From positions 62,001 to 117,344 of the IMG/VR virus record IMGVR_UViG_3300007523_000006: a stretch of DNA of 55,344 bases. One strand, 5' to 3'. The notes under the pieces are model-generated. The model saw only the letters and a program-made list of their open reading frames with translations. It had not been told where the DNA came from and did no database searches. The DNA comes from an uncultured virus (IMG/VR IMGVR_UViG_3300007523_000006) (lineage: Duplodnaviria; Heunggongvirae; Uroviricota; Caudoviricetes). Below are positions 19,062 through 27,851 of this stretch, piece after piece (position 1 is the first letter of the stretch; each line of letters begins with the position of its first letter). The translations under genes and the position numbers were made by a program.

Positions 19062-19138
19062 GCCCAGGTGATGCAACCTTCGGTAGACATCCGATACTCA
19101 AAATATCGGTTTTACGGGTTCGAGTCCCGTCCTGGGTA
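19062..19138 (+). tRNA. tRNA-Leu(CAA) with short variable loop
   Basis: Acceptor GCCCAGG/CCTGGGT, CGATA-CTCAAAA-TATCG, 5-nt variable loop, ACGGG-TTCGAGT-CCCGT. Confidence 0.85.
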
Positions 19139-19154
19139 CTTTGCGGAGAATGTG

Positions 19155-19685
19155 ATGGAAGAGAAATGCACGGAGTTGACTCTCGAACAATGTGAATTTG
19201 CTTGCAAGATGGTTTGCCAGTGGATGAATATTTGCGAGGACAATAAGCGTGGATCAAGTTCGGCTGATGTCGATCATTCTGCCCTTTTGCGAAGGATGTT
19301 GATGGGTGGGACGGTTCATAAAAATCCTCCACCAAAAAGATTCAGTTATCCTTGTTGGGGATTGGTTGAACAAGAAGAGATCGAAATCCAAGACATGCAC
19401 GAATATGACATAGACATTGAAGGCATGAAAGGAACTGTGGTTGTCGATCAACATCGTGAATACGAATGGGTGGATAAAGAAAATAAAATCATCAAACACA
19501 CACGATTGGGCATTGAGTATCAATATTCCGAACGTGAAGTAACACCAGATGCCAGACGTTTACGAAAGGGTTTGAACCCCGAAGACCATAAATACACTGG
19601 TAAATTTTTGAAGAGATTGAATGATCCACCAACAGGAAAAGAAGAAGTGTGGAAAATGCAAGTGAGTGGCTTTTGTTCAGGATGA
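19155..19685 (+). CDS. Hypothetical protein
   Basis: GGAG SD after the tRNA. The ORF-track 5' extension overlaps the tRNA and was trimmed. Confidence 0.65.
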   Translation: MEEKCTELTLEQCEFACKMVCQWMNICEDNKRGSSSADVDHSALLRRMLMGGTVHKNPPPKRFSYPCWGLVEQEEIEIQDMHEYDIDIEGMKGTVVVDQHREYEWVDKENKIIKHTRLGIEYQYSEREVTPDARRLRKGLNPEDHKYTGKFLKRLNDPPTGKEEVWKMQVSGFCSG

Positions 19686-19839
19686 ACATCAGGCTGACCC
19701 CGGTAGCGTAACTCGCCAATGATCGGTAAGTAACATCATCAAGGAAGATGAAACCACTAAGGAATAAAATGATGAAAAATAATCACGAAAGTTTGGGTAG
19801 CGTCTTTTAAGTGCATTCCGCACTTAGGAGAATCGCTAC

Positions 19840-20292
19840 ATGGCAAAAAAAAGATGGTTCTCGGCATTCCTTCGGTATCCGAGAACAACACAAGAACTAA
19901 GAGCAAACCAAGACCGCAATGATCCCTATGTCCGTGGAAAGAGACGAAACCTTCCCACGGCATGGGACGATCGGTTTGTTCGCAAGCAAAAATCATGGAA
20001 ATATCTCGGTCGAGATCATCAATACCGAGAACAAGGTCATGGTTACGAGTGGCATGAATTCCAATACTCGTGGCGTGATACTGAACGGAGAATGATCGCC
20101 AGAACCATCATGGACTGGCTGGAACGACTTGGATGCTTCTACGAAACGATTCGTGGCGGCTTCCGTTGGTTTGGACCAGCATGGTGGATCAAAGGTCATT
20201 GTCGCTGTTGTTATACACAATTGATTTCTGACACCCAATCCGAAGAGTTCGGAGATTGGTGTCCAAACCCGGACTGTTGCTTCCTTAACTAA
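19840..20292 (+). CDS. Hypothetical basic protein with C-terminal Cys cluster
   Basis: AGGAG SD. R.PRTTQE...RGKRRNLPTAWDD...KSWK motif. Confidence 0.65.
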   Translation: MAKKRWFSAFLRYPRTTQELRANQDRNDPYVRGKRRNLPTAWDDRFVRKQKSWKYLGRDHQYREQGHGYEWHEFQYSWRDTERRMIARTIMDWLERLGCFYETIRGGFRWFGPAWWIKGHCRCCYTQLISDTQSEEFGDWCPNPDCCFLN

Positions 20293-20369
20293 GAGAAAAA
20301 CCATGAACAAATTCACTCAAATCCTTGGACTCATCAAACCTATTACCCAAACCCATTATGGAGGGAACG

Positions 20370-20669
20370 ATGAGAAGGTGGAACGAGGATTACAAGATCA
20401 CTCTGCGTGAGTGGAAAAAGCACCGTCGCTCTCATGTTGAGAGTAACAAAAGCTGGATAAATCGCATCGGAGTCAGCGCCTATGTCGTTGATTGTGAGCG
20501 TGATGAACAAAAAGGTCGATTCCGTAAGAAAGACGCTTTCGATTGTGGCAATACGCAGTGCAGAATTTGTCACAGCGACAAGTATCCCAAGCGGGAAAAA
20601 CACGAACACGAATTGAAGTCCGATGTGGACTTCAAAGAACAACTCAAAGAGTTGCGTGGTGAAGAGTAA
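20370..20669 (+). CDS. Hypothetical basic protein with CGNTQCRICH zinc motif
   Basis: GGAGGG SD and open reading frame. Confidence 0.6.
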   Translation: MRRWNEDYKITLREWKKHRRSHVESNKSWINRIGVSAYVVDCERDEQKGRFRKKDAFDCGNTQCRICHSDKYPKREKHEHELKSDVDFKEQLKELRGEE

Positions 20670-20703
20670 AAGAAGACGAAGGTTTGAAAAAGCCTTCGTT
20701 TGA

Positions 20704-20780
20704 GTCCAAGTAGGCAAACCTCCGGCAAAGCCGCCAGATCGAGAGTCTGGTGTTTGTGGGTTCGACTCCCACCTTGGACA
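20704..20780 (+). tRNA. tRNA-Leu(GAG) with short variable loop and C at position 33
   Basis: Acceptor GTCCAAG/CTTGGAC, CCAGA-TCGAGAG-TCTGG, GTGGG-TTCGACT-CCCAC. Confidence 0.8.
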
Positions 20781-20857
20781 TTTTCTAAATCCTGTTCAAC
20801 AATCAACGAGAATTGGGAGTGTCAGACAATGCAGTTAGAAAACGGCAGTTAGAAAAC

Positions 20858-20931
20858 GGCTCAGTAGGCAATCGGCAGACCACCCAGGCTTAAACCCAGG
20901 GATGCTGTGAGTTCAAATCTCACCTGAGCCA
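20858..20931 (+). tRNA. tRNA-Leu(TAA) with short variable loop
   Basis: Acceptor GGCTCAG/CTGAGCC, CCAGG-CTTAAAC-CCAGG with one A-A mismatch, GTGAG-TTCAAAT-CTCAC. Confidence 0.8.
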
Positions 20932-20946
20932 CTTGATTTTTAATAC

Positions 20947-21028
20947 GGCTTTGTGGTGAAATTGGCAAACGCACAGCACTCAAAATGCTGCGTCGAAAGA
21001 CTTGTGGGTTCGAGTCCCACCAAAGCCA
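20947..21028 (+). tRNA. tRNA-Leu(CAA), canonical long variable arm
   Basis: Acceptor GGCTTTG/CAAAGCC, CAGCA-CTCAAAA-TGCTG, variable arm GTC-GAAA-GAC. Confidence 0.92.
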
Positions 21029-21146
21029 CTGTTTCGATTTCTGGATCTGGCTCTTACTCGTTGTGAGTAGAAACACCTTTTTTTGGTGGGGTTATAGAAG
21101 TCAAACCTCCAACGGTGATCTCGTAAAGATCACAGGAGAAAGTAAA

Positions 21147-22319
21147 GTGAAGAAAGTCCACATCAATGTCGGAACGATTGGTCACATTGACCACGGGAAG
21201 ACGACTCTGACAGCAGCAATTCTCGCTGTTCAGTCCGAGAAGGGTTACGCAAAAAAGAAAGCATACGGCGACATCGCCAAGGGCGGCACCGTTCGTGACG
21301 TTACCAAAACGGTAACGATCACCACGTCGCACGTTGAGTATGAGACGGATACCCGTCACTATGCTCACATTGACTGCCCCGGTCACGCCGACTATGTAAA
21401 AAATATGATTACCGGGGCTGCTCAAATGGACGGCGCTGTATTGCTCGTCAATGCAGCAGACGGTCCTATGCCTCAGACGAAAGAGCATATTCTGCTCGCT
21501 CGTCAGGTGGGCGTGCCGGATATTGTAGTATTCCTCAATAAGTGCGATCTTGTCAAAGACGAAGAATTGCTGGAACTGGTCGAGATGGAAACAAGAGACT
21601 TGCTGACGAAGTATGGCTTCGACGGCGAGAAGACTCCGTTTATCCGTGGAGCAGCAAAACCTGCCTTGGATAATCCTGCTGATCCCGCAGCAAGCAAGTG
21701 TATTGTAGAATTGTTGGCGGCTCTGGATTCTTATATTCCTGACCCCAGCCGTTCTATCGACCGTCCCTTCTTGATGCCCGTCGAAGGTGTTCACAATATC
21801 GAAGGTCGTGGCTGCGTAGTCACGGGCAAGATCGAGCAAGGAACCATCACGGTCGGAACCAAAGTTGAAATCCTTGGGTTGACTGATATTCTGGAGTCAG
21901 TTGTCACCAGCGTCGAGGCTTTCAATAAGCAACTGGAATATGGAGAAGCTGGACAGAATGTCGGTTTGCTGCTGAGAGGCATCAAGGCCGATCAAGTTCA
22001 GCGTGGACAGGTTGTGGCACAACCACGAAGCATCAAGCCTCACACCAAGTTCAAGAGCGAAATTTACGTCTTGGGCAAGGATGAGGGCGGGCGTCACACC
22101 CCGATCTTCAATGGTTACAAGCCACAGTTCTTCCTCAGAACTACCAACGTCACCGGCCTTGTCCAAATGCCGGAAGGAATTGAGTTGGTCATGCCGGGCG
22201 AGAACACTTGCCTGTTTATCACCCTGGATAAGCCGATTGCTATCGAAAAAGGTAGTCACTTCGCCATTCGTGAGGGTGGTATGACAGTCGGTTCTGGCGT
22301 CGTGACGGAATTGCTGTAA
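21147..22319 (+). CDS. tuf: Elongation factor Tu, Planctomycetota-type
   Basis: [34 protein letters not shown] and EGGRHTP. GTG start after AGGAG. Effector loop [17 protein letters not shown]. Confidence 0.97.
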   Translation: MKKVHINVGTIGHIDHGKTTLTAAILAVQSEKGYAKKKAYGDIAKGGTVRDVTKTVTITTSHVEYETDTRHYAHIDCPGHADYVKNMITGAAQMDGAVLLVNAADGPMPQTKEHILLARQVGVPDIVVFLNKCDLVKDEELLELVEMETRDLLTKYGFDGEKTPFIRGAAKPALDNPADPAASKCIVELLAALDSYIPDPSRSIDRPFLMPVEGVHNIEGRGCVVTGKIEQGTITVGTKVEILGLTDILESVVTSVEAFNKQLEYGEAGQNVGLLLRGIKADQVQRGQVVAQPRSIKPHTKFKSEIYVLGKDEGGRHTPIFNGYKPQFFLRTTNVTGLVQMPEGIELVMPGENTCLFITLDKPIAIEKGSHFAIREGGMTVGSGVVTELL

Positions 22320-22336
22320 AACGGCTGTAAAACGGC

Positions 22337-22384
22337 TGTAAAGCAAAGCGAAAGCGTGGTATAATCAAATACCACGCTTTCGCT
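22337..22384 (+). promoter_or_regulatory. 16-bp perfect inverted repeat after tuf, overlapping a sigma70-like promoter
   Basis: AGCGAAAGCGTGGTAT-N6-ATACCACGCTTTCGCT at 22347-84. TGTAAA-17-TATAAT at 22337-65. Preceded by an 11-bp tandem repeat. Confidence 0.6.
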
Positions 22385-22427
22385 GCAACGGTTAAGAAAT
22401 TTCCATTGGCACGCACCAGGCATAAAC

Positions 22428-22709
22428 ATGCGTCGAGAAACAACCATCATCGGCATGATAACAATCATTTTCATGATTGTCGTTTTCTTCATTTCAAGTG
22501 CCACTAATTCCAGCGATCAAGCCAAAATACAAAAATGGGCTAGTGACAACAAATATGTCATAGTCACATCTGAACGGTGTTTTTTCTACTCCGGCCCTTA
22601 TTGGACGACTAAAAACACTCGGATTTACAAAGTCGATTTGGAAAATAACAAAACCCATTGGTTCCGATTCGGACTTTGGGGAACCGACACCGACATCGAG
22701 GAATATTGA
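22428..22709 (+). CDS. Small membrane-anchored protein
   Basis: N-terminal hydrophobic helix. Confidence 0.6.
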   Translation: MRRETTIIGMITIIFMIVVFFISSATNSSDQAKIQKWASDNKYVIVTSERCFFYSGPYWTTKNTRIYKVDLENNKTHWFRFGLWGTDTDIEEY

Positions 22710-23080
22710 TGCGAAGACAAAGACCCACCGCTTGTGAAATCCGAAAACAAATGAACACTGCCGATAGCACCCACCAAAGGTGTGTGTCGGATTATTCATT
22801 TGGTAAATTCAAAATGAAACCGGGAGAAGTAATTCTTACTTGGCACGACAAAGAAAACGACAAGCACAATAGAATGGTATTGACCCACCGTTCAACTGGC
22901 GTCCAAATATTTGGATATATCAAGCCAGGATACAACCCATCCAAAAAAGAGATCAGCGAAATGCGAAAGCATTTTATCAAAAAGAATTTGTCTTTACTTG
23001 AAAGCATGACGAGGCGACACCTTAGAGCGTGCATGGCAAGTCAGTATGGACCCATTCCAAAAGGACAGTTCGATGAGTAG
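22709..23080 (+). CDS. Hypothetical protein
   Basis: TGATG stop/start overlap with the previous gene and a GAGGA SD. Confidence 0.55.
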   Translation: MRRQRPTACEIRKQMNTADSTHQRCVSDYSFGKFKMKPGEVILTWHDKENDKHNRMVLTHRSTGVQIFGYIKPGYNPSKKEISEMRKHFIKKNLSLLESMTRRHLRACMASQYGPIPKGQFDE

Positions 23081-23306
23081 AAATCAAATCAAACGATGTG
23101 CCTGTGGGCTACCGCTTCATTATCGAGACAAAACCAAAGAAGCGGAAGTTCAAGGAGAGATCGACAAGCTCGGAGAATGGATACCATTCAGCATTGGTCA
23201 AAGTCGATATTTGGTGCAAAGACACTACAAAGAACTGCACGGCCTTAATCCAAATGAAGTTCCTGCTTTAATGAAGCAAGGAATTATCAGAATAAACAAG
23301 GATTAA
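23073..23306 (+). CDS. Hypothetical protein
   Basis: AAGGA SD and a CACG motif. Confidence 0.55.
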   Translation: MSRNQIKRCACGLPLHYRDKTKEAEVQGEIDKLGEWIPFSIGQSRYLVQRHYKELHGLNPNEVPALMKQGIIRINKD

Positions 23307-23496
23307 AGTCGATATGAACACCTACTCCAACGAACTCATGCAAAAACTGACAAATCAGTTTTAGGCGACATTTTACAATTGGTGCCAAACATTTGGAAGT
23401 TGCTAGTTTTTCGACCTTTTCATGAATTGGCAATAGCATCAATCACAGACAATGTTGCATCATCAGATATTGTCGCTAGAGCTTTGGGCAATTTTT

Positions 23497-23808
23497 TTAG
23501 CTCCCAAGATTTTCTTTGTTGGTTGGCAATAATTCAGACGCCCAATTATACATTTCAGATAATAAATCTCCAAATTGTTTGGCTCGACTTTGATTACAAA
23601 AATGTAAAGGATAATTGCTATGAGGAAAATGCCAATTAGAACAACCATCCCACTTAATGTGTCCAATTAACAATGGATCTTCATCAGAAACTTCTTGATT
23701 TCCTTGGTAAATAAAAAAATTAACAATATGTCCATTTTTATGCAAGTCAGCCAACACCACATAAGGATCTTCTGATCCTTGAAAGAACTCTCTTAATGTA
23801 TTCGACAT
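23497..23808 (-). CDS. Hypothetical protein
   Basis: 103-aa ORF with IKWDGCSNW...HFC motif. Confidence 0.55.
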   Translation of the reverse strand: MSNTLREFFQGSEDPYVVLADLHKNGHIVNFFIYQGNQEVSDEDPLLIGHIKWDGCSNWHFPHSNYPLHFCNQSRAKQFGDLLSEMYNWASELLPTNKENLGS

Positions 23809-23846
23809 TTCATTGTCTTTCTAAATTTATTTTATTGTCTAATGGC

Positions 23847-24071
23847 TCATACAACAATTCTTACGTTTCCGGGTGGCTTTCTAGGAGCCATCTCTCCCTG
23901 TCCCAAAATCATTACAGAGTGTCCAACTTGTGTTAGGTGAAACTCTAAAGTCACATCCTCAACCATCCAAAGTCCCATGCCAGTTCCATTACAGTGTGGA
24001 CAAGGTCCATCAACCAAACCACTGCAATTACAATTTCCACAAGATTTCTTTACGAAAAAATCCATATCCAT
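23847..24071 (-). CDS. Small DnaJ zinc-finger/C-terminal-like protein or fragment
   Basis: CGNCNCSG, CPHCNGTG and GQGE...PPGNVRIVV. Confidence 0.45.
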   Translation of the reverse strand: MDMDFFVKKSCGNCNCSGLVDGPCPHCNGTGMGLWMVEDVTLEFHLTQVGHSVMILGQGEMAPRKPPGNVRIVV

Positions 24072-24128
24072 CTCCGCCACAAGTGTAACAAAAATCACAT
24101 GGCACAAAATCGCTCAGTGGAAGAAAGA

Positions 24129-24380
24129 ATGAACATTTTGGCTCTTATCCCAATTGGTGGGATTGCCGGTATGCCGCCATATACGCCACATGCAGGATCA
24201 GGAAAAATCGCCTGTGCTGGCTGTGGTATAGCTTGTTGGATCGGTCCTCGTCAAACCGTGATGAAGCTCGAAAAGCCTGAACTCCCGGCATTGTGCATGT
24301 TGTGTGCGTGCAAAGAAATACAAAAACAAAAAGAATCAGACGAAGAAGTAACTGCATCCGTGATTCCATTAGGTGATTGA
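24129..24380 (+). CDS. Small zinc-binding hypothetical protein
   Basis: CAGCG...CW...LCMLC motifs. Confidence 0.55.
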   Translation: MNILALIPIGGIAGMPPYTPHAGSGKIACAGCGIACWIGPRQTVMKLEKPELPALCMLCACKEIQKQKESDEEVTASVIPLGD

Positions 24381-25033
24381 ATATGCAAAGAGATTATAGT
24401 TGGAAGCCATCCTGGAGTCCTATTCACAAAGAATGTGACGTTCACCCTCATGTCCCTGCGGAACGTGCTGATTTATTTGAGGTCGCCGATGGCGGCTCTA
24501 CTGAATATGAAGTCTTAAATTGGCTTCATTCCACAATCCGAGTATTGAAGCCACAACTGGTTCTTGAAACTGGTGCGTGGGAGGGTTTCGGAACAACCGC
24601 CCTAGCTCATGCTTGCAAACTCAATGGATTCGGCAAGGTGCATTCTCTTGAAGTTCTGCCGCCACAATGCGTGCGACTTCAGACGGTTCTTGAAGAAGAA
24701 CACTTGCTTAAATGGGTTGAAGTGCATTGCGTAGATTCGCTTGAATTCTTGCAACAATCTAATATTATCTTCGATATTGGATTCTTTGATAGCCTGACCG
24801 AGATCAGGCCCATCGAATGCGAGATAATGCTCAACAAAGGCACGTTGAGAAACCTTGCTGTCTTCCACGACACATCGCCTCATCGGTCTGAATCCGCTCC
24901 TGATTGGACCAGCACAGAAACTCAAAACACATACAGAGAAAAGGTCTTGGCCTTAGCCAAACATCCCCGATGTACTGGCTACTATGATTCCCCACTATCC
25001 AGAGGATTCATGGCCTTGTTCTTAAAAGGCTAA
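24377..25033 (+). CDS. Class I SAM-dependent methyltransferase (Methyltransf_24-like)
   Basis: [25 protein letters not shown] and VFHD. Confidence 0.8.
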   Translation: MNMQRDYSWKPSWSPIHKECDVHPHVPAERADLFEVADGGSTEYEVLNWLHSTIRVLKPQLVLETGAWEGFGTTALAHACKLNGFGKVHSLEVLPPQCVRLQTVLEEEHLLKWVEVHCVDSLEFLQQSNIIFDIGFFDSLTEIRPIECEIMLNKGTLRNLAVFHDTSPHRSESAPDWTSTETQNTYREKVLALAKHPRCTGYYDSPLSRGFMALFLKG

Positions 25034-25034
25034 C

Positions 25035-25372
25035 ATGAAAAACGTAGTTGTAATGTTCCCATATCCATCGGGTGCCGGTTTACACTTGGGGCATTACTAT
25101 AATTATGCCATTATCGACAGCTATTGTCGATTTCTGCGATATGAGGGCGAAGAAGTCTTTCAGCCTTTTGGATATGACGCATTCGGACTGCCTGCCGAGA
25201 TCAAGGCTTGAAGAATTCAGTACGAAATTATTTGTTCTTTTGGAAAGTGAACAAGGTGGTCAGCACATTCATGACCTTCTATAACGACAACAAAGACAAA
25301 AAAGTCTCGCCCGCCAACGCCAAAGAGATTGTCCAGTTGCTTCAAAATTTTGCACCTGGATTTAATCTTTGA
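25035..25372 (+). pseudogene. leuS: Leucyl-tRNA synthetase remnant with internal deletion and frameshift
   Basis: 25035-25211 encodes [14 protein letters not shown]...[10 protein letters not shown]. Another frame, about 25202-25372, encodes WKVNKVVSTFMTFYN...IVQLLQNFAP, resembling the anticodon-binding-domain helices. Confidence 0.85.
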
Positions 25373-26088
25373 AAATATCGTTCTGCACAACTTGTATGGG
25401 CAGGGTTCATCATCTAATGAGAACCCTGCCCATAAATATTCATGTCGCTCCAGATTGCGAATTTGTGTTGCTTAACTATGGCAGCAAAGATGGAATGCAC
25501 GAGTGGGTCCGAGACAATATGCGTCCTTGGATAAATCGAGGAACCATCAAGTATTATAGAACTCAGCTTCCTGAATACTTCGTGGCGACACATGCCAAAA
25601 ACATTGCACATCGCCAAGCGACCGGCGATATTCTTTGCAATTTAGACGCAGACAATTTCTTGATTGACGGCTTTGTTGAATTGGTTAAAAAGACCATGAG
25701 CGACAAACAAAGCATTATGACTGCTCCTATATTTGATATGTTCAATATGTCGGGCAGTTGCGGAAAGATAGCAGTTCATCGAGAGCATTTCTATAGCGTA
25801 AATGGATACAACGAAGACATCAATTTGGGATGGGGGTGGGATGATATTGATTTTGAATTACGTGCAGCCATGCACAACAAATTGAAATACGCTCAAACTC
25901 CCGTGAAGTTTTGCCGAGTAATAGACCACGACGAATCAGATCGAGTCAAGAACTTTCGCACCAAAAACTTGAAGGATTCCCAACGGACAAATGGGGAACT
26001 GTTGGAAACGGTGAAAAATACTAGAAATTACGTTGTCAACAAAAACAGAGAGTGGGGAGTTGCATTAGATTTATCCAGTGATATATAA
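25369..26088 (+). CDS. GT2-like glycosyltransferase
   Basis: ISFCTTCMGR, AKNIAH, NLDADN and NGYNE...GWGWDD. Confidence 0.85.
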   Translation: MKISFCTTCMGRVHHLMRTLPINIHVAPDCEFVLLNYGSKDGMHEWVRDNMRPWINRGTIKYYRTQLPEYFVATHAKNIAHRQATGDILCNLDADNFLIDGFVELVKKTMSDKQSIMTAPIFDMFNMSGSCGKIAVHREHFYSVNGYNEDINLGWGWDDIDFELRAAMHNKLKYAQTPVKFCRVIDHDESDRVKNFRTKNLKDSQRTNGELLETVKNTRNYVVNKNREWGVALDLSSDI

Positions 26089-26091
26089 GAC

Positions 26092-26316
26092 ATGATTAAA
26101 TTCAAAGACTGGATGCAGACAAGAGAAGCCAAACTCCGAGAAATGGGGAGTGGTCCATATATTGGAAACTGCACTGACACCAGTGATTATCAAGTAATTG
26201 GTGCTTGTAGCGATCAAAATTCCGAAGAAAAGAACAAGGCGTATCGAAAAGGTGGCGTAGACCACAAAAAAGTCCACAAGCATTCCGACAAGATCAGATC
26301 AAAAGTCGGTATATAA
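26092..26316 (+). CDS. Small protein, putative internal head protein
   Basis: N-terminus MIKFKDWMQTRE, with TATATA-N4-ATG. Confidence 0.6.
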   Translation: MIKFKDWMQTREAKLREMGSGPYIGNCTDTSDYQVIGACSDQNSEEKNKAYRKGGVDHKKVHKHSDKIRSKVGI

Positions 26317-26319
26317 GGT

Positions 26320-26739
26320 ATGATGACGTTCAAGGAATTCGTGGGATCGCAAGAAGTACAGCCGCAGGTGCAACAGCCTCAAGCGGCTGGTTCTCAGCAA
26401 TCATCCAAATGGAAGGCCACAAAAGATGAAATTGTGGGCTACTGGAAGAACTTACGTCCCGACACACCCGTCCAAATGCGAGCCATTGATTACACCCATA
26501 AGGGATCAACATATGGCGAAGACGGAATGCGACTAACAGGCAGTCCGCAGTTTATTGCATCAATTTTAGCCAGAATGAAAGAGTTGTTGACTTACGAAAC
26601 TCCAACAACCAAACTCGCCGTTACATATCGACAAACAGAGTCCCCCAGCAAGATGGCAATGGGACAAAGTAAAACTTCCTACGTCTTTTACGTTGCTGCT
26701 CGTCAACGTGGCGGCAAAACTCAAATCGCACCCAACTAG
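26320..26739 (+). CDS. Hypothetical protein, putative internal head protein
   Basis: N-terminus MMTFKEFV..QE, with TATATA-N4-ATG. Confidence 0.65.
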   Translation: MMTFKEFVGSQEVQPQVQQPQAAGSQQSSKWKATKDEIVGYWKNLRPDTPVQMRAIDYTHKGSTYGEDGMRLTGSPQFIASILARMKELLTYETPTTKLAVTYRQTESPSKMAMGQSKTSYVFYVAARQRGGKTQIAPN

Positions 26740-26822
26740 ACTTGATTTTATCTTTCGTGATTGTATACTCATAACTTGTGTTGAGAACCAACCAAGGCCC
26801 CAAAGGAGAGTTTACAGTGAGT

Positions 26823-27269
26823 ATGAAAATTGCGTGGACGATTGCCGGAATTGTCGGAATTTCCGCTCTGTGTGTGGGATCAATGACGTGGCACGCCTGG
26901 AGTGTCCAGAAGGAAAACCAACGACTCTCGCTGGTGAATTACATCTATGTTGCGGAGCATCGTATTCTCAAGGATGAAATCTCTGAACTTGCATCTAAGC
27001 CAACATACGATCAGGGATATAAAGACGCTCTGATCCGCATCGGCGGACCACAAGTCCCTGGTGCATACCAAGATGGCTGGGACGACGCTCAGAAGCTCTG
27101 TGGTGCGGAAAACAATTACGCAGACGGGTATCACGCTGCAATCCAACAGTTTGGATATACTAAGACTACAACAATGGCTCGTTGGTTGGTTCCCGAACCA
27201 AAAGACAAGGCTATTGCTGCGGATAAGTCCAACAAGGAAGGCATCACGCCTGCTAAATTGGAAAAGTAA
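26823..27269 (+). CDS. Membrane-anchored hypothetical protein
   Basis: N-terminal transmembrane segment and repeated YxxGY/W motifs. Confidence 0.6.
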   Translation: MKIAWTIAGIVGISALCVGSMTWHAWSVQKENQRLSLVNYIYVAEHRILKDEISELASKPTYDQGYKDALIRIGGPQVPGAYQDGWDDAQKLCGAENNYADGYHAAIQQFGYTKTTTMARWLVPEPKDKAIAADKSNKEGITPAKLEK

Positions 27270-27286
27270 TCCAAACCGCTATAGAA

Positions 27287-27482
27287 AGCATTGGCTACAG
27301 TAAATCGGGTGATTTAGGGAAAGGTACGTCCTTTCCTTTGGGGAAACAAAGACAGCCAGGATGTTGGCCTAGAAGTAGCCAACATTCAAAGAGTAGGGTT
27401 ACACAGGGACTTCCTGTTAACGGACCCTTTTGGTGTAATAACACACTGGCCGAGCCACCCAACACTCGACACTGGCAATGCT
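27287..27482 (+). ncRNA. Stand-alone RNA mimicking the 23S rRNA GTPase-associated centre (H42-H44)
   Basis: AGACAGCCAGGATGTTGGCCTAGAAGTAGCCAACATTCAAAGAGT [38-nt insert] GTGTAATAACACACTGGCCGAG. Closed by AGCATTG/CAATGCT and followed by a terminator. Confidence 0.85.
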
Positions 27483-27492
27483 GGTGCCTGGA

Positions 27493-27535
27493 GAGCATGT
27501 CGCCGACGAAGGCTTAGGCGACATGCTCATTTTTT
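27493..27535 (+). terminator. Intrinsic terminator
   Basis: GAGCATGTCGCC-N12-GGCGACATGCTC-ATTTTTT. Confidence 0.85.
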
Positions 27536-27550
27536 GAAAAGAAAGATGAA

Positions 27551-27733
27551 ATGATAGCTTGTATTTGCGGTGGATTTTTGGAACTAGGTTACATCCTAGT
27601 GATGGCAATTATTTCTATTTCGGGAGCAATATTTGGCACCAACTGGTACAATACAGCACGATATAAAAAGTACATAAAATACAAAGACAAACACAAAGGC
27701 TGTGGTTGCGACTGTCACAAAGAAGACGAGTAG
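27551..27733 (+). CDS. Small membrane protein
   Basis: Transmembrane segment followed by a CGCDCH tail. Confidence 0.5.
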   Translation: MIACICGGFLELGYILVMAIISISGAIFGTNWYNTARYKKYIKYKDKHKGCGCDCHKEDE

Positions 27734-27736
27734 TGC

Positions 27737-27818
27737 GGCCCTGTGGTGGAATTGGAATACACATGGGACTTAAAATCCCACGCCGAAAGGATTGCGGGTT
27801 CGAGTCCCGCCAGGGCTA
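27737..27818 (+). tRNA. tRNA-Leu(TAA), canonical long variable arm
   Basis: Acceptor GGCCCTG/CAGGGCT, TGGGA-CTTAAAA-TCCCA, GCGGG-TTCGAGT-CCCGC. Confidence 0.92.
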
Positions 27819-27851
27819 CGTTTTACAAGATGCCTAAAACGTGGTAAAACT

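Noticed and set aside
18050..21146. ORF-track 5' extensions (18050, 19068, 20985) and short ORFs overlapping tRNAs
   Set aside because: They overlap tRNA genes, and downstream starts with clear SD sequences fit the protein families better.
27287..27482. A true 23S rRNA gene or host contamination
   Set aside because: Similarity is limited to H42-H44, has an insertion and non-rRNA flanks, and lies between phage-like ORFs with its own terminator.
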